Shown one piece after another: positions 49,520-62,400 of a stretch of DNA of 64,000 nt (position 1 is the stretch's first letter; every line of letters begins with the position of its first letter). The stretch comes from Hemiscyllium ocellatum (taxonomy: Eukaryota): the NCBI RefSeq assembly GCF_020745735.1, contig NC_083430.1, positions 42,523,375-42,587,374 of the forward strand. Reading direction: 5' to 3'. The position numbers were made by a program, and so were the translations under genes. The notes below the pieces were generated by a model that did no database searches, had not been told where the DNA came from, and saw only the letters and a list, made by a program, of their open reading frames with translations.

Positions 49520-50601
49520 TTCCTCCAATTACCTTGTTACAATCACTTCTTCACACAACTGAGAGATATGTGTATCTAACAGAACTGCTGTGTCTTAGTT
49601 TTTTGATACTTGACATTCATCTAAATAATTCTTAATGGTTATCAGAATTCTATTTCAGAATCCTTCCAGTATCATCATTTCTCATGTTTTCACTTGTTTC
49701 TCTGAAAATTCAGTGATCAAAACCATAGATTGCTTAATTATTTTTCCCATGCAAATTCTACAAATATCTAATTAGGTTTCCTCCTTATGGTACTGCATTT
49801 TAATTGATACACTTCAGGGTCAAATTTGTAAGAAGTGATTAATTTCTTTTTTAACACTGATCGTCTGCAGATTGATTGTTTCTCTGAAAAACTGGCCATT
49901 CATTGGAGTACCCATCAACCGTAAGATTCAAATTACATTTTGGTGAATTCAGCTTCACAGCTATCTTTTCAAATGAGGTGAAAACTCTCTGAAGAAGAAT
50001 TATATTGGACTTGATACTTTTAACTTTCGTTCTCTCCACAGATGCTGCTTCTCCAGCACTTTCTATTATTTGTTTCGGATTTCCAGCTTCCCCAGTGTTT
50101 TTGCTTTTACTTTTATTTTCCAACTCTATCCTCTGTAAATTCAGACACAAAACACAAATTCCTCCAATTACCTTGTTACAATCACTTCTTCACACAACTG
50201 AGAGATATGTGTATCTAACAGAACTGCTGTGTCTTAGTTTTTTGATACTTGACATTCATCTAAATAATTCTTAATGGTTATCAGAATTCTATTTCAGAAT
50301 CCTTCCAGTATCATCATTTCTCATGTTTTCACTTGTTTCTCTGAAAATTCAGTGATCAAAACCATAGATTGCTTAATTATTTTTCTCATGCAAATTCTAC
50401 AAATATCTAATTAGGTTTCCTCCTTATGGTACTGCATTTTAATTGATACACTTTAATTGATACTTTAACTTTTGTTCTCTCCACAGATGCTGCTTCTCCA
50501 GCACTTTCTATTATTTGTTTCGGATTTCCAGCTTCCCCAGTGTTTTTGCTTTTACTTTTATTTTCCAACTCTATCCTCTGTAAATTCAGACACAAAACAC
50601 A
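49520..50601. repeat. Recent local duplication A-X-B-A-B
   Basis: ~49520-49812 = ~50159-50452 and ~50012-50158 = ~50458-50601, near identical. Confidence 0.9.
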
Positions 50602-50977
50602 GATCTCCAGTTAAATCCCTCAGTGGAATAAGAATCATTACCTTAGCTATTTTTTGTTTCAGTGTTTATTTTAAGATTTCCTTTAGCTAAGACATGCTGT
50701 ATGACTTTCCCTTTGAGTATAGCATTTTTCATTTAATTTCCTTTCCACTGGTCTTCATTTTGTTCTTTGTATTTCTCTTTTTTTTACATTTCCCCTCTTT
50801 TCACTTCAAGATTTATTTTCTTTTCTTCATTCTCTTTACATTGTAAATGAGTCGAGTAAGCTATTTGCTTTTTTGTGTCTGCTGCAACATAATGATCATG
50901 GCAGATAAGGACTTATTTTCTCCCTCACTTCCAATTCAATTCTTTTCATTTCTTTCTCTGTTTTTCCTCTAATTCAA

Positions 50978-51322
50978 GTCATAGTCATAGAGATGTACAG
51001 CATGGAAACAGACCCTTCGGTCCAACCTGTCGAGGACGAGCAGATATCTCAACCCAATCTAGTCCCACCTGCCAGCACCTGGCCCTCATCCCTCCAAACT
51101 CTTCCTATTCATATACCCATCCAAATGCCTCTTAAATGTTGCAATTGTACCAGCCTCCACCACTTCCTCTGGCAGCTCATTCCATACACGTACCACCCTC
51201 TGCGTGAAAAAGTTGTCCCGTAGGTCTCTTTTATATCTTTCCCCCTCACCCTGAACCTATGCCCTCTGGACTCCCCGACACCAGAAAAGACTTTGCCTAT
51301 TTACCCTATCCACGCCTCTCAT
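50978..51322 (-). mobile_element. CR1 3' end
   Basis: Reverse complement of CR1 ORF2 end and 3' UTR. Confidence 0.85.
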
Positions 51323-52599
51323 AGCTTTTAAGTTTTATTTCAATTTTAATTAAATCTTAGTTACTTACTGCAATTTTGGGTTTTCCTCCTTTTAATTCTA
51401 AATGTCAGGTAATCAGTTTCAGCATTTTAACCTTGTGAGCTACTGCTTTTATTTCTACCTTGAACGTTAATGCTGACTCTGTGTCCAGCCTTTTTGTTTT
51501 AAATGATCTAGTTACAGTTTCTTACCTTAGAAAAAGTTTAGCGAAAAGCAAAGCCATGTCAAAATTCTAATGTGTAATATACTTTACAAGCTCTTCCATT
51601 TTATGTCCTGCAACTCCATGTGCTCATTTTTAAAAAGAAGATTCACAAACCCCTCTTAAATATAATAGATTTAAATTCCACTAAAAGCATCCACTTTGTA
51701 AAGATCCTGGATGATAACACTGGACAAGTCCGATTCCAGACTGAAACCTGAAACACACATTTTTGTTAGTTTGTTTTTTTTGGGGGGGGGGGTAAGTTAT
51801 TGAACACATTCATAAAAGGCTACCACTGTTCTTTAGTAAAAAAAACTTTATTACATAATGAAGAATAGCAAATATACACTCAAATGGAAGGATCTTATAA
51901 ACAGCAAAAATGAAGATTCAACCCTTTTTCCGACCAATATCCTATACAGACATTCAAATGAACTGAAGTATCTCCTATCGTCTCTTTTAAGATTTCTTTC
52001 TTAAATAGCGAGGTCAGAAATATTTCCTTTTAGGTGACTTTCTGCACAGTCACCAGACCTGATTCTCCTGTACTATCTGCCCTCAAGACACATAGACAAA
52101 TGCACTGATTAATTTTTTTCTCTTACTTTGAGGTTAATTAATTAAACATGGAATTGAAAGCTAGCATCATTAATAGTGCCTGGAAACTATCATCAATTAC
52201 TGTATATCCCTTTTGGCTTACTACGGTCCATGAAAAAAATGAATCTGTCCTGGCTTATGTGTGACTCCAGACCACAACAACATGTTTGACTTAGTTCAAG
52301 TGCAATTAGGGGTCACCAAAAACATTAATTTTGCCTATAATGCCTACCTCCCAATTTAAAAATTTCCTTCAGTTCTTGGTGGTTTCCAACTAATTAGCTT
52401 CTCAAAATCAACATTGTCAAACCCTCTCAAGAACTTATATATATTCATCTGAGATAATTGCTATTTCAGAGGTTAAAGGCCATTCAGTTTGATTCTTAAG
52501 ATAGTTCTGTCATTCCAGGATCTAGTGAACGTACGTATTTTCCAGGAGACAGACGCACTTCTCTGTCATCAAGAGAAAAGAAGGTTGTTTTACCTGCCC

Positions 52600-55500
52600 A
52601 TTGTCAGGGTTTGGGACATTTGTGCAGGACTGCAGAGGAACTTGCAGTGGGAGTGAGAGGATCCAGTTTAGTGTAGTTAGGTACCTAAAACATAAGTTGG
52701 AATGGGAAAGAAGTTCTGCTTTGGGCATCTGAGCAGTTGGGGGCTAAATTAAAAAAGCAGGAAGTCTGATTACTTGAGCCACAAGCAAATTGTCGAGGGA
52801 GATAAGATTACAAGATGAATGCATGACTCAAAGACTTGTTTGGGAGAAATGGTTTTCAACTTCAGGGGCACTGGCACCAGTAAAACAGAAAATCAAATCA
52901 GAACCATGCTAGGAGTAGTGTTCTGGGGAGTTGTATAATTTGGACAATAGAGAGGGCTTTTGAGTAAAATAGTGGGGGAAGGTATCCCATGAGAGAAGAT
53001 GTGAAAACAAGATAATAAAGCAGGGTATTGGTTGACTATCATGAAATAGAAAGGAAATGGGACATTTTGATTTGGCAAACTGTAACTAGTGGAGTGTCAC
53101 ATGAATCATGGAGTGGCCTTGACTATTTCCAATCCATATCTATGACTTGGATGAATAGACTGAATGTATGGTAGCTAAGTTTGCTGATCACATAAAAAAA
53201 TATATAAGAATGTCAGTTGTCAAGTGGACGGAGAGTCCACAAAGGGATGTAGGAAGGTTAAGTGAGTGGGCAAAAATTTGACAGTTTTTAAAATTCTTTC
53301 ATAGGATGTGGGTATCACTGACAAGATCAGCACTTGCTGTCCTTGCAAGGGCAGTTAAAAATCAACCACATTTCTATGGACCTAAAGTCACATATATTCC
53401 AGACCAGGTGAGGAAGGCAGATTGCCTTCCCTATAAGGCATTAATGAACTGGATGAGTTTGTTATAATAATCAATGATAATTTTATGATCATACCATGAA
53501 GATTGGCTTTTGTCCCAGATCTAATTAATTGCATTTATATCCTACCAGCAGCTAAGGTAGGATTATTACCACAATGGCAACATCTCCCTCTGGACCGTGA
53601 TGTGAGAAAATGTGAACTTGTCACTTTGGCAAAGAAAAGCAGTAGACTATTTAAATAGTGAGAGCAGAATTTTGTAGCTCAGAGGGATCCGAGTGTCCTG
53701 GCATATGAATCCTAATGTTAGTATGCAGGTACAGCAAGTTATTAGGAAAGTGAATGGAATGTATGTATTTATTGTAAGGGGAATGGAATGTAAAAGTAGG
53801 GACGTTTTACTGCAGCTGTACAGGGCTGGATTAGACCATATCTGGAGTGTTTTGTGTACAGTTTTGCTTATTTGAAAAAATTACAATTGCATTTGAAATG
53901 TTATTTAGAAATTTAGAAGAATGAGTGGTGATCTTACTGGAACATATAAGATCCTGAGGGAAATTGATAGGGCCAATACTGACAAGATTTTTTTGTGGGG
54001 GAAAGTACACCAAGGGAACATTGTTTAAAAATAAAAGGTCCCCTTTTTGAGACAAAGGTGAAGAGAATTCTTTCCTCTCTGATGGCCACTGGTCAATGGA
54101 ACACTCTAAGAAATCAATCCAGGCTTGATCATTGAACATAAATTGGTTGCTGGATTAGTTGGCAGTTAGGTCTAATTGGGAGAAAATAACTTAATTGCAT
54201 TGGGCTTGGTAAAGCCTCAGCCAATTGGAGCTGACTTGCCAACCAATCAGCATCCTTTTCTCATGAAGTATAAATTATTTGCTTTGAAATTTGACACTTT
54301 GACCATATCCTGAAGGTGCAAGATGAGAAGCTGTGACAACATGTTTTTTTTCAGCAATATTCAAGAATACTAATTAGTGTGAAGGAGACGAAGGAGAAAA
54401 TGTGAGCAGATTTAAATTACAACAACAATGGAAGGGCCTTCATTAACCAGATATGGGCAGAAGGAGATAATAAGTTGAGTGACGGGAATGGATTTTTTAA
54501 AACTTGTTTAAAAATACTTTCTTAATCAGTATGTTCAGCTCAACATGGACAAAACTAGTTCCACAAATGAAATGTGGCAGCTGAAATAAGTTAAATGTAA
54601 GAGCACCTAATGACCAATAACAGCTTGAGCCGAGCACCATGAGATTGACAGTAAACATGGAAAGGGACAAAAGAGGTGAAGGCACTCAGTTGGAACAAAA
54701 CTAATTTACATGTTTTAAAGGAGTCCAACCCAGATGTTTTGGAAACAAATATTGGCAGGTTCAATAGTTAATGAGCAATGGGAGGCCGTCAGGAAGGAGT
54801 TATTCAGGTATAGATTAAACACATTTCCATCAGAGGCAAAGGCAGGGTATCCAAAACAAGAAGGAACTCCTTTGATGACCAAAGCAATTGAGATTAATAT
54901 GAAGCAAAGAAAGGAGGCCTGATTATGCATTAATAAATCAGAGAGAATCCAAGAAAGAAAAAGATACGTTTTTAGGTTGTAAACACATCAAGGTGTTAGA
55001 GAGAAAGTGGGAATGTGGCATTGGGTTAGATGTTTAGCCATGATGGTGGGGCAGGCTCAAATGGCTGCTCCTAGTTTCTATGGTTAATAAATGTGAAGGA
55101 GGAGTGAGGCAGGAAAAATACTGCAAAGAGTTTGTCACTGTCAAAATGATAGGTGGGTAAATTGATAAAATTAAAAGATATTTCTGGCAAGTTAAGTCAT
55201 CTTCTTGGATCAGAGTATGATTAAAAGAGAGTTAACAGAGACTTTCAAAATGATAAGGCATTTCAACAAAACTCTTTTCCTTGGCATGGCATTGATAACT
55301 CGGGGACAAGGATTTGAGATAACTGACAAATGATTCAGAGTGGGAATGGGAGGAGAAATGCAGAATGCACTTCCTGAAAGGCTGATGTATGTAAGGTTCA
55401 AAAGTAAAATGTGACAGGGAATAGGTGCCTGACAATTCTGGTCTCCCTCCTGTAGGAAGGATGTTGTGAAACTTGAAAGGGTTCAGAAAACATTTACAAG

Positions 55501-58500
55501 GATGTTGCCAGAGTTGGAAGGTTTGAGCTCTACAGAGAGGCTGAATAGGCTCTGGCTGTTTTCCCTCGAGCATCAGAGGTTGAGGGGTGACCTTATATGA
55601 GGGACATGGATAGGGTAAATTTATTCAGGTATTTTCCCTGGGGTTGGGCAAGTCCAGAACTAGAGGGCATAGGTTTAGGGTGAGAGGGGAAAGATTAAAA
55701 AGGGACCTAAGGGGCAACCTTTTTATGCAGAGAAAGGTGTGTGTGTGTGTGGAATGAGCTGCCAGAGGAAGTGGTGGATGTTTGTACAATTACACCATTT
55801 AAAAGGCATCTGGATGGGTACATGAATAGGAAGGGTTTAGAGGGATATAGGCTATGTGCTGGCAAATGGGATTAGATTAGGTTAGGAAATCTGGTCAGCA
55901 TGGACGAGTTGGACCGATGGGTCTGTTTTCGAGCTGTACATCTCTATGACTCTACACTGTGGGGAAAGAGAGGAGAAATGGAGTCAGATGGCAATGTCAT
56001 GAAAGGTTCATTATTAGTACGATGTGTTAAATAGCCTACTTCTCCGGTATGTTTCAATTTATGAAGGTGGCTATTCTCAGTCTGATTAGAATGCTTTTTA
56101 GGTTGCTGAAGGTATTAGGAAGGAAATAGCACTTTTCTTTACTTAACCCATGTTATTTTGAACATTAATTTGGGATTCTACGTTTTCCACCAATGAGGAG
56201 AAGTTAACTAACTTTCTCCTTTGATTTGAACACCCTTCAATCCTAAAGCATTGGAATGAAGATTGGGGAAGGTAATTCAGCCCTTCGAGCACACTCCGCC
56301 ATTTTGACTCCAACCAAAATCTTTCAATTCTCTTTGTTAATTGTATTGATGTTTTTGAGGTTAGAGCATAGGGGTTCAGGGTAGAGTATTGGTTTGGATA
56401 GGACTGACTGACTGACTGATAGAGAGCAGATGATTGGGATAAATGGTGAACTGTAACTAGTGTGGTGCCACAGAATTCAACGGACTGCAACGATTTGCAA
56501 TCTATGTAAATGATATGCAAGCAGGGACAGAATGTAACATCACAAAATTTGTGGGTGATACTAAAATAGGTGGGAAAACAGGCAGTGATGAAGAGATACA
56601 GAGTTTACAGATGGATATTGACAGGAAAATGGGTCCGAATCTGGCAGATGGAGTTTAATGTGGATAATGCAAGATTGTGCATTTTGGCAAGCAAAATAAA
56701 AGGCAACATATTTTAAATGGGAAGCAGATTCAAAGTGTGTCAGTGCAGAGGAATCTGGAATGTTTGTGCATGAATTGCTGAAAGTGGGTATGCAGGTGCA
56801 GCATATAATCAGAAAGGCAAAGGGAATCCTGGCATTTATTGTAGTAATGTTAAAATTATACAAGATGTTTGTGAGACCACATCTGGAATAGTGCACCTAG
56901 TTCTGGTCTCCTTAATTGAGTAAGGTGGTTGTAGCACTGGAGGCAGTTCAGAGGAGTTCACAGGTTGGTCTGGTTGAATAGCTTGGGTTGTACTTGCTGG
57001 AGTTCAGAAGAACGAGTAGGGATCTGATTGAGGTATATAATATGCTAAAGGGGATTGATAACCTGGACTTTGAACAGATGTTCCCCCTTGTGGGCCAGTT
57101 TTGAACAAAAGGGCATCGATATAGAGTGAGATGAGGAGAAACTACTTTTCTCAGAAGATTGTGAGTCGGTGGAAGTCACTGCCGCTGAATGCAGTGGAGG
57201 CAGAATCAATCAACAGATTCAAGACAGAAATAGAAATGTTGGTAATAAAAACTGGGGTAAAGAGCTCTGGGGAGCAGACAGGAGAGTGGAGTTGAGGTGA
57301 GGATAAGTTAAATGGCGGAGTGGGCTCAAAGGGCTGTATTGCCTACCCACACTCTTCATTCCGATACTTTAGGATTGGAGAGTGTTCAAATCAAAGGAAA
57401 GGGTTAGTTAACTCCTCCTCATTGGTGGAAAACTTAGAATCCCAAATTAATGTTCAAAATAACATGGGTTAAGTAATGAAAATCAATGTGGATTTATTAA
57501 AGGCAAATAGCATCTGACAAATGTGATTTGAGTCCATAAACGAATTTCAATGGAAGCAGTTGAAGTTGATGCAACTGATCTTGTGTGTTCAGAGTTTCTG
57601 AGGGTGTTTGCACAAGTAATATAAAAGATTTGTTCACATAATGGATGAATGGGGCAGTGGATATGTGGATACAAAATTGACTAAAATTAACATAATTAGC
57701 AATGAAGAGTCTTTATTTTACACTCAAGTCAGTATTAAAACTTTGGTTTATTGGATTCATATGATCCAGATTTGAGATTTTAAGAGATACATTTTCATGG
57801 GATGTGGGCATCATTGTTGTTTGTTGCCCATCCCAAATTGCCCTTGAACTGAATGACATGCAAGGCCATTTCAAAGGGCAGTTAAAAGTTACCACATTTC
57901 TGTGGACTGTAATCATATATAAAGTTAAAAATCTCACAACACCAGGTTATAGTCCAACAGGTTTATTTGGAAGCAGTAGCTTTCAAAGTTCCAAAATAAA
58001 CCTGTTGGACTATAACCTGGTGTTGTGTGATTTTTAACTTAGTTCACCCCAGTCCAACACCGGCTCCAACACATCATACAGAAGTCAGACCAAGTCAGGA
58101 TGGAAAATTATGTTGCCTGGAAGGACACTGGTAAACCAGATTGTTTTTTTTCACAATCATGGTCACAGTCAGTGAGAACCAGTTTTATATTCCAGATTTT
58201 GAGTGAATTTAAATTCCATGTGTGGACGGTGGGATTTGTATCTGAGAGCATTAATCTGGGTCTCTATCAAATTTCTTAACTGGTAATGTTACCGTTCCCA
58301 TTGGGGTGTGGGTGCAGTTCCAAAATTCGCAGGGACGGTAGTTGCATCCCTCAGGAGTATAACAACAGACTGCTGAAATCAGAAGACACAACACAGGAAG
58401 ATTTATGATATCACTTGATTGGAGGCAATTCAGGGAATGTTCAATAAGATAATCCCTAAAATGGAGGAATTGTCTTATGAGCAAAGGCCAGACCGTTTGA

Positions 58501-58900
58501 TAAAATGAAAGGTGATCTGAGTGAAACATGTAGGTTTGTTTGGCGGCTGTACAAGTTAAATGCTGAGATGATATTTTCCCTCTTAGGAGAGTCTAGGACC
58601 AGAGGACATAGTCTCAAAAATGAAGCGGCAGCAATCTGTGGTTGAAATGACGAGGGATTTCCTCTCTCAGAAGGTTGAGAATCTTTAGAATTTCTTTCTG
58701 TAGAGACCTTTCAGGGCTGAATGCTTGTGTATATTTAAGACTGAGACAGGTAGATTCTTGGTTCATTGGGGGAATCAAGGGTTTATGGGGAAAGGGCAGA
58801 AAAGTGCACTCGTTGAATGTTGGATTAGCTCTGATCCTATCCAATGATGGACCAGGCTTAAGGGGCCAAACAACTTACTCTTGTTCCTATTTCTTATGGA
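52600..58900 (+). mobile_element. Cluster of degraded CR1 fragments (clearest copy ~55433-55955)
   Basis: Multiple KFAD/QFWSP-like remnants and CR1 3' UTRs. Confidence 0.7.
57922..58072. mobile_element. Short fold-back Penelope element (family C)
   Basis: Inverted halves related to 27524-27711. Confidence 0.7.
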
Positions 58901-59077
58901 ACATTGAAAGAAGCAAAGCAGACTGACCATCATTTTCCAATTCCCTATGGCTACCGGCATGGCAAGAGGACAGGAGGAGCTACTACTAACTTTTGTAAGA
59001 AGGAAGAGATATATTAAGCAATTACAAACCAGTCAGGCTAACCTATTACTGGAAAGAGTTAGTATGATTGAGTCAAA

Positions 59078-61392
59078 TGGTACCCTCTCCTCCATCTGCA
59101 CCTGTAATGGTAACCACTCCTCCTTCTCCCCCTGTAAGGATACCCTCTCCATCAGTCTCCTCCACTCCATCTCTCCCAGATGGGATACCCTCTCCTCCTT
59201 CTCCCCCTGTAATGATACCCTCTCCTCCATCTCCCCCTGTTAGGATACCATCTCCATCACTCTCCTACCCTCCACTTCTTCCAGTCTGGAAGCCCTCTCC
59301 TCCATCTCTCCCAATAATGATACCTTCTCCTTCTCCCCTTGTCAGGATTCTCTCTCCTCCTTCTCCCCCTGTAATGGTACCCTCTCCTCCATCCTCCCCC
59401 TTGAATGGTACCCACTCCTCCTCCTCGTCCTGTCAGGATGCTCTCTCCTCTATCTCCCCCTGTAACGGTACCCTCTCCACCTCCTCCCCCTGTAACGGTA
59501 CCCTCTCCACCTCCTCCCCCTGTAACGGTACCCTCTCCACCTCCTCCCCCTGTAACGGTACCCTCTCCACCTCCTCCCCCTGTAACGGTACCCTCTCCAC
59601 CTCCTCCCCCTGTAACGGTACCCTCTCCTCCTTCTCCCCCTGTAACGGTACCCTCTCCTCCTCCTCCCCCTGTAACGGTACCCTCTCCTCCATCTCCCCC
59701 TGTAACGGTACCCTCTCCTCCATCTCCCCCTGTAACGGTACCCTCTCCTCCATCTCTCCCTGTAACGGTACCCTCTCCTCCTCCTCTCCCTGTAACGGTA
59801 CCCTCTCCTCCTCCTCTCCCTGTAACGGTACCCTCTCCTCCTCCTCCCCCTGTAACGGTACCCTCTCCTCCATCTCCCCCTGTAACGGTACCCTCTCCTC
59901 CATCTCCCCCTGTAACGGTACCCTCTCCTCCATCTCCCCCTGTAACGGTACCCTCTCCTCCATCTCCCCCTGTAACGGTACCCTCTCCTCCTCCTCCCCC
60001 TGTAACGGTACCCTCTCCACCTCCTCCCCCTGTAACGGTACCCTCTCCACCTCCTCCCCCTGTAACGGTACCCTCTCCTCCTTCTCCCCCTGTAACGGTA
60101 CCCTCTCCTCCTCCTCCCCCTGTAACGGTACCCTCTCCTCCTCCTCCCCCTGTAACGGTACCCTCTCCTCCTCCTCCCCCTGTAACGGTACCCTCTCCTC
60201 CTCCTCCCCCTCCCCCTGTAACGGTACCCTCTCCTCCATCTCCCCCTGTAACGGTACCCTCTCCTCCTCCTCTCCCTGTAACGGTACCCTCTCCTCCTCC
60301 TCTCCCTGTAACGGTACCCTCTCCTCCTCCTCCCCCTGTAACGGTACCCTCTCCTCCATCTCCCCCTGTAACGGTACCCTCTCCTCCATCTCCCCCTGTA
60401 ACGGTACCCTCTCCTCCATCTCCCCCTGTAACGGTACCCTCTCCTCCTCCTCCCCCTGTAACGGTACCCTCTCCTCCTCCTCCCCCTGTAACGGTACCCT
60501 CTCCACCTCCTCCCCCTGTAACGGTACCCTCTCCTCCTCCTCTCCCTGTAACGGTACCCTCTCCTCCTCCTCTCCCTGTAACGGTACCCTCTCCTCCTCC
60601 TCCCCCTGTAACGGTACCCTCTCCTCCTCCTCCCCCTGTAACGGTACCCTCTCCACCTCCTCCCCCTGTAACGGTACCCTCTCCACCTCCTCCCCCTGTA
60701 ACGGTACCCTCTCCACCTCCTCCCCCTGTAACGGTACCCTCTCCTCCTCCTCCCCCTGTAACGGTACCCTCTCCTCCTCCTCCCCCTGTAACGGTACCCT
60801 CTCCTCCTCCTCCCCCTGTAACGGTACCCTCTCCTCCTCCTCCCCCTGTAACGGTACCCTCTCCTCCTCCTCCCCCTGTAACGGTACCCTCTCCTCCTCC
60901 TCCCCCTGTAACGGTACCCTCTCCTCCTCCTCCCCCTGTAACGGTACCCTCTCCTCCTCCTCCCCCTGTAACGGTACCCTCTCCTCCTCCTCCCCCTGTA
61001 ACGGTACCCTCTCCACCTCCTCCCCCTGTAACGGTACCCTCTCCTCCTCCTCTCCCTGTAACGGTACCCTCTCCTCCTCCTCCCCCTGTAACGGTACCCT
61101 CTCCTCCTCCTCCCCCTGTAACGGTACCCTCTCCTCCTCCTCCCCCTGTAACGGTACCCTCTCCTCCTCCTCCCCCTGTAACGGTACCCTCTCCTCCTCC
61201 TCTCCCTGTAACGGTACCCTCTCCTCCTCCTCCCCCTGTAACGGTACCCTCTCCTCCTCCTCCCCCTGTAACGGTACCCTCTCCTCCTCCTCTCCCTGTA
61301 ACGGTACCCTCTCCTCCCCCTCCCCCTGTAATGGTACCCTCTCCTCCCCCTCCCCCTGTAATGGTACCCTCTCCATCACCCTCCATCTCCCC
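59078..61392. repeat. 30-bp minisatellite TGTAACGGTACCCTCTCCTCCTCCTCCCCC, ~63 homogeneous copies plus degenerate left flank
   Basis: Read directly. Confidence 0.97.
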
Positions 61393-61499
61393 CCAGTCAC
61401 TTCAGGCAGCCTCCATTCTTGCCCTAACCCCTCACCATACACGTCAGCCCACCCTCCGTCACTGACTTCCTCCTAACACGCCCTCCCATTGCATGGCAC

Positions 61500-62400
61500 C
61501 CACTCCATCCCGTACGCGATGTTGTGATTGGCCAGCCGTTTCCCGCGGAAGGCGGGGTCGCGGTTGCCCGGAGTGACGGTGGGCGGGGCCCGGGCTGGCG
61601 CCGTGCGGCCGCGGCCGGGAAACCCCGTGCGGCGCCGGGAGCGGGATCCATGAGGCGGCCGCGGCCATTTTAGTGAGATCTTCCAGAGCGAGAGAGGAGA
61701 GGGCAAGGGAAGTAAATAAATAAATCAGTCAATAAATCTAATCTATCAGTAAAATACTAACCATCGGAGCGTCGGGAAGGGGGTGGCGGAGCTGAACCGA
61801 ATCGTATCGCACCGGTAGCCCCGACAGTAAGGTAAGGGCGGGCGGGTGAGGGACAGCCGGTGGCGAAGTGTTTGGAAAAGCCTGGGCCGCGGGTTGAAGC
61901 TGAGGCCGAGGAGCCCGCGCTCTGGTTCCCGTGGGGATGGTAGTAGTGGGTGGGGGTGGGGGGCAGCTAGGCCGCAGCCCCGGCACTTTGGTCCGAATTC
62001 CCGCCCGCGGGCTCTCTGTGAGGAGCTGCCGGGGCCGTGTGATTTGTTCCCCCCCCCCCCGGGTCGAGTTGAAAAGCCGCGGGTTTGACCGCGATTCGCC
62101 GGTGATTGTCGACGGCCCCCGGCCCGCCCGCCCGCCCGCCCGCCCGCATTCTCGGAGCTGGGCTTCGAGAGGAGGGGGGGGAGGGAGAGGCGCCAGGTGA
62201 AAGGCCGCAGCTTCCCTTTCCACCCCCCCCCGGGTTAGACCCCCCTCCTCTTTCCCCGCTTTAACACTTCGCCGCTCCCGCCGCCAGCCCATCTGTTTTT
62301 ATTTTCGTTCTCGCCACCCGCGGCCTTTTGTTCTTTTGTTGTAATTTTAAGCGTGTGCCAGGCCCCGGCGCCTCGGGGTTATATTCACTCTGTTTATTTA
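61500..62400 (+). promoter_or_regulatory. CpG-island promoter and probable non-coding first exon (~61650-61831) of an unidentified gene
   Basis: ATTGG (~61527), GC boxes, YY1 GCGGCCATTTT (61661), AAG|GTAAGG donor at 61831/61832. Confidence 0.7.

Noticed and set aside
59068-61476. Extensin/mucin-like ORFs
   Set aside because: 30-bp tandem repeat open in several frames on both strands
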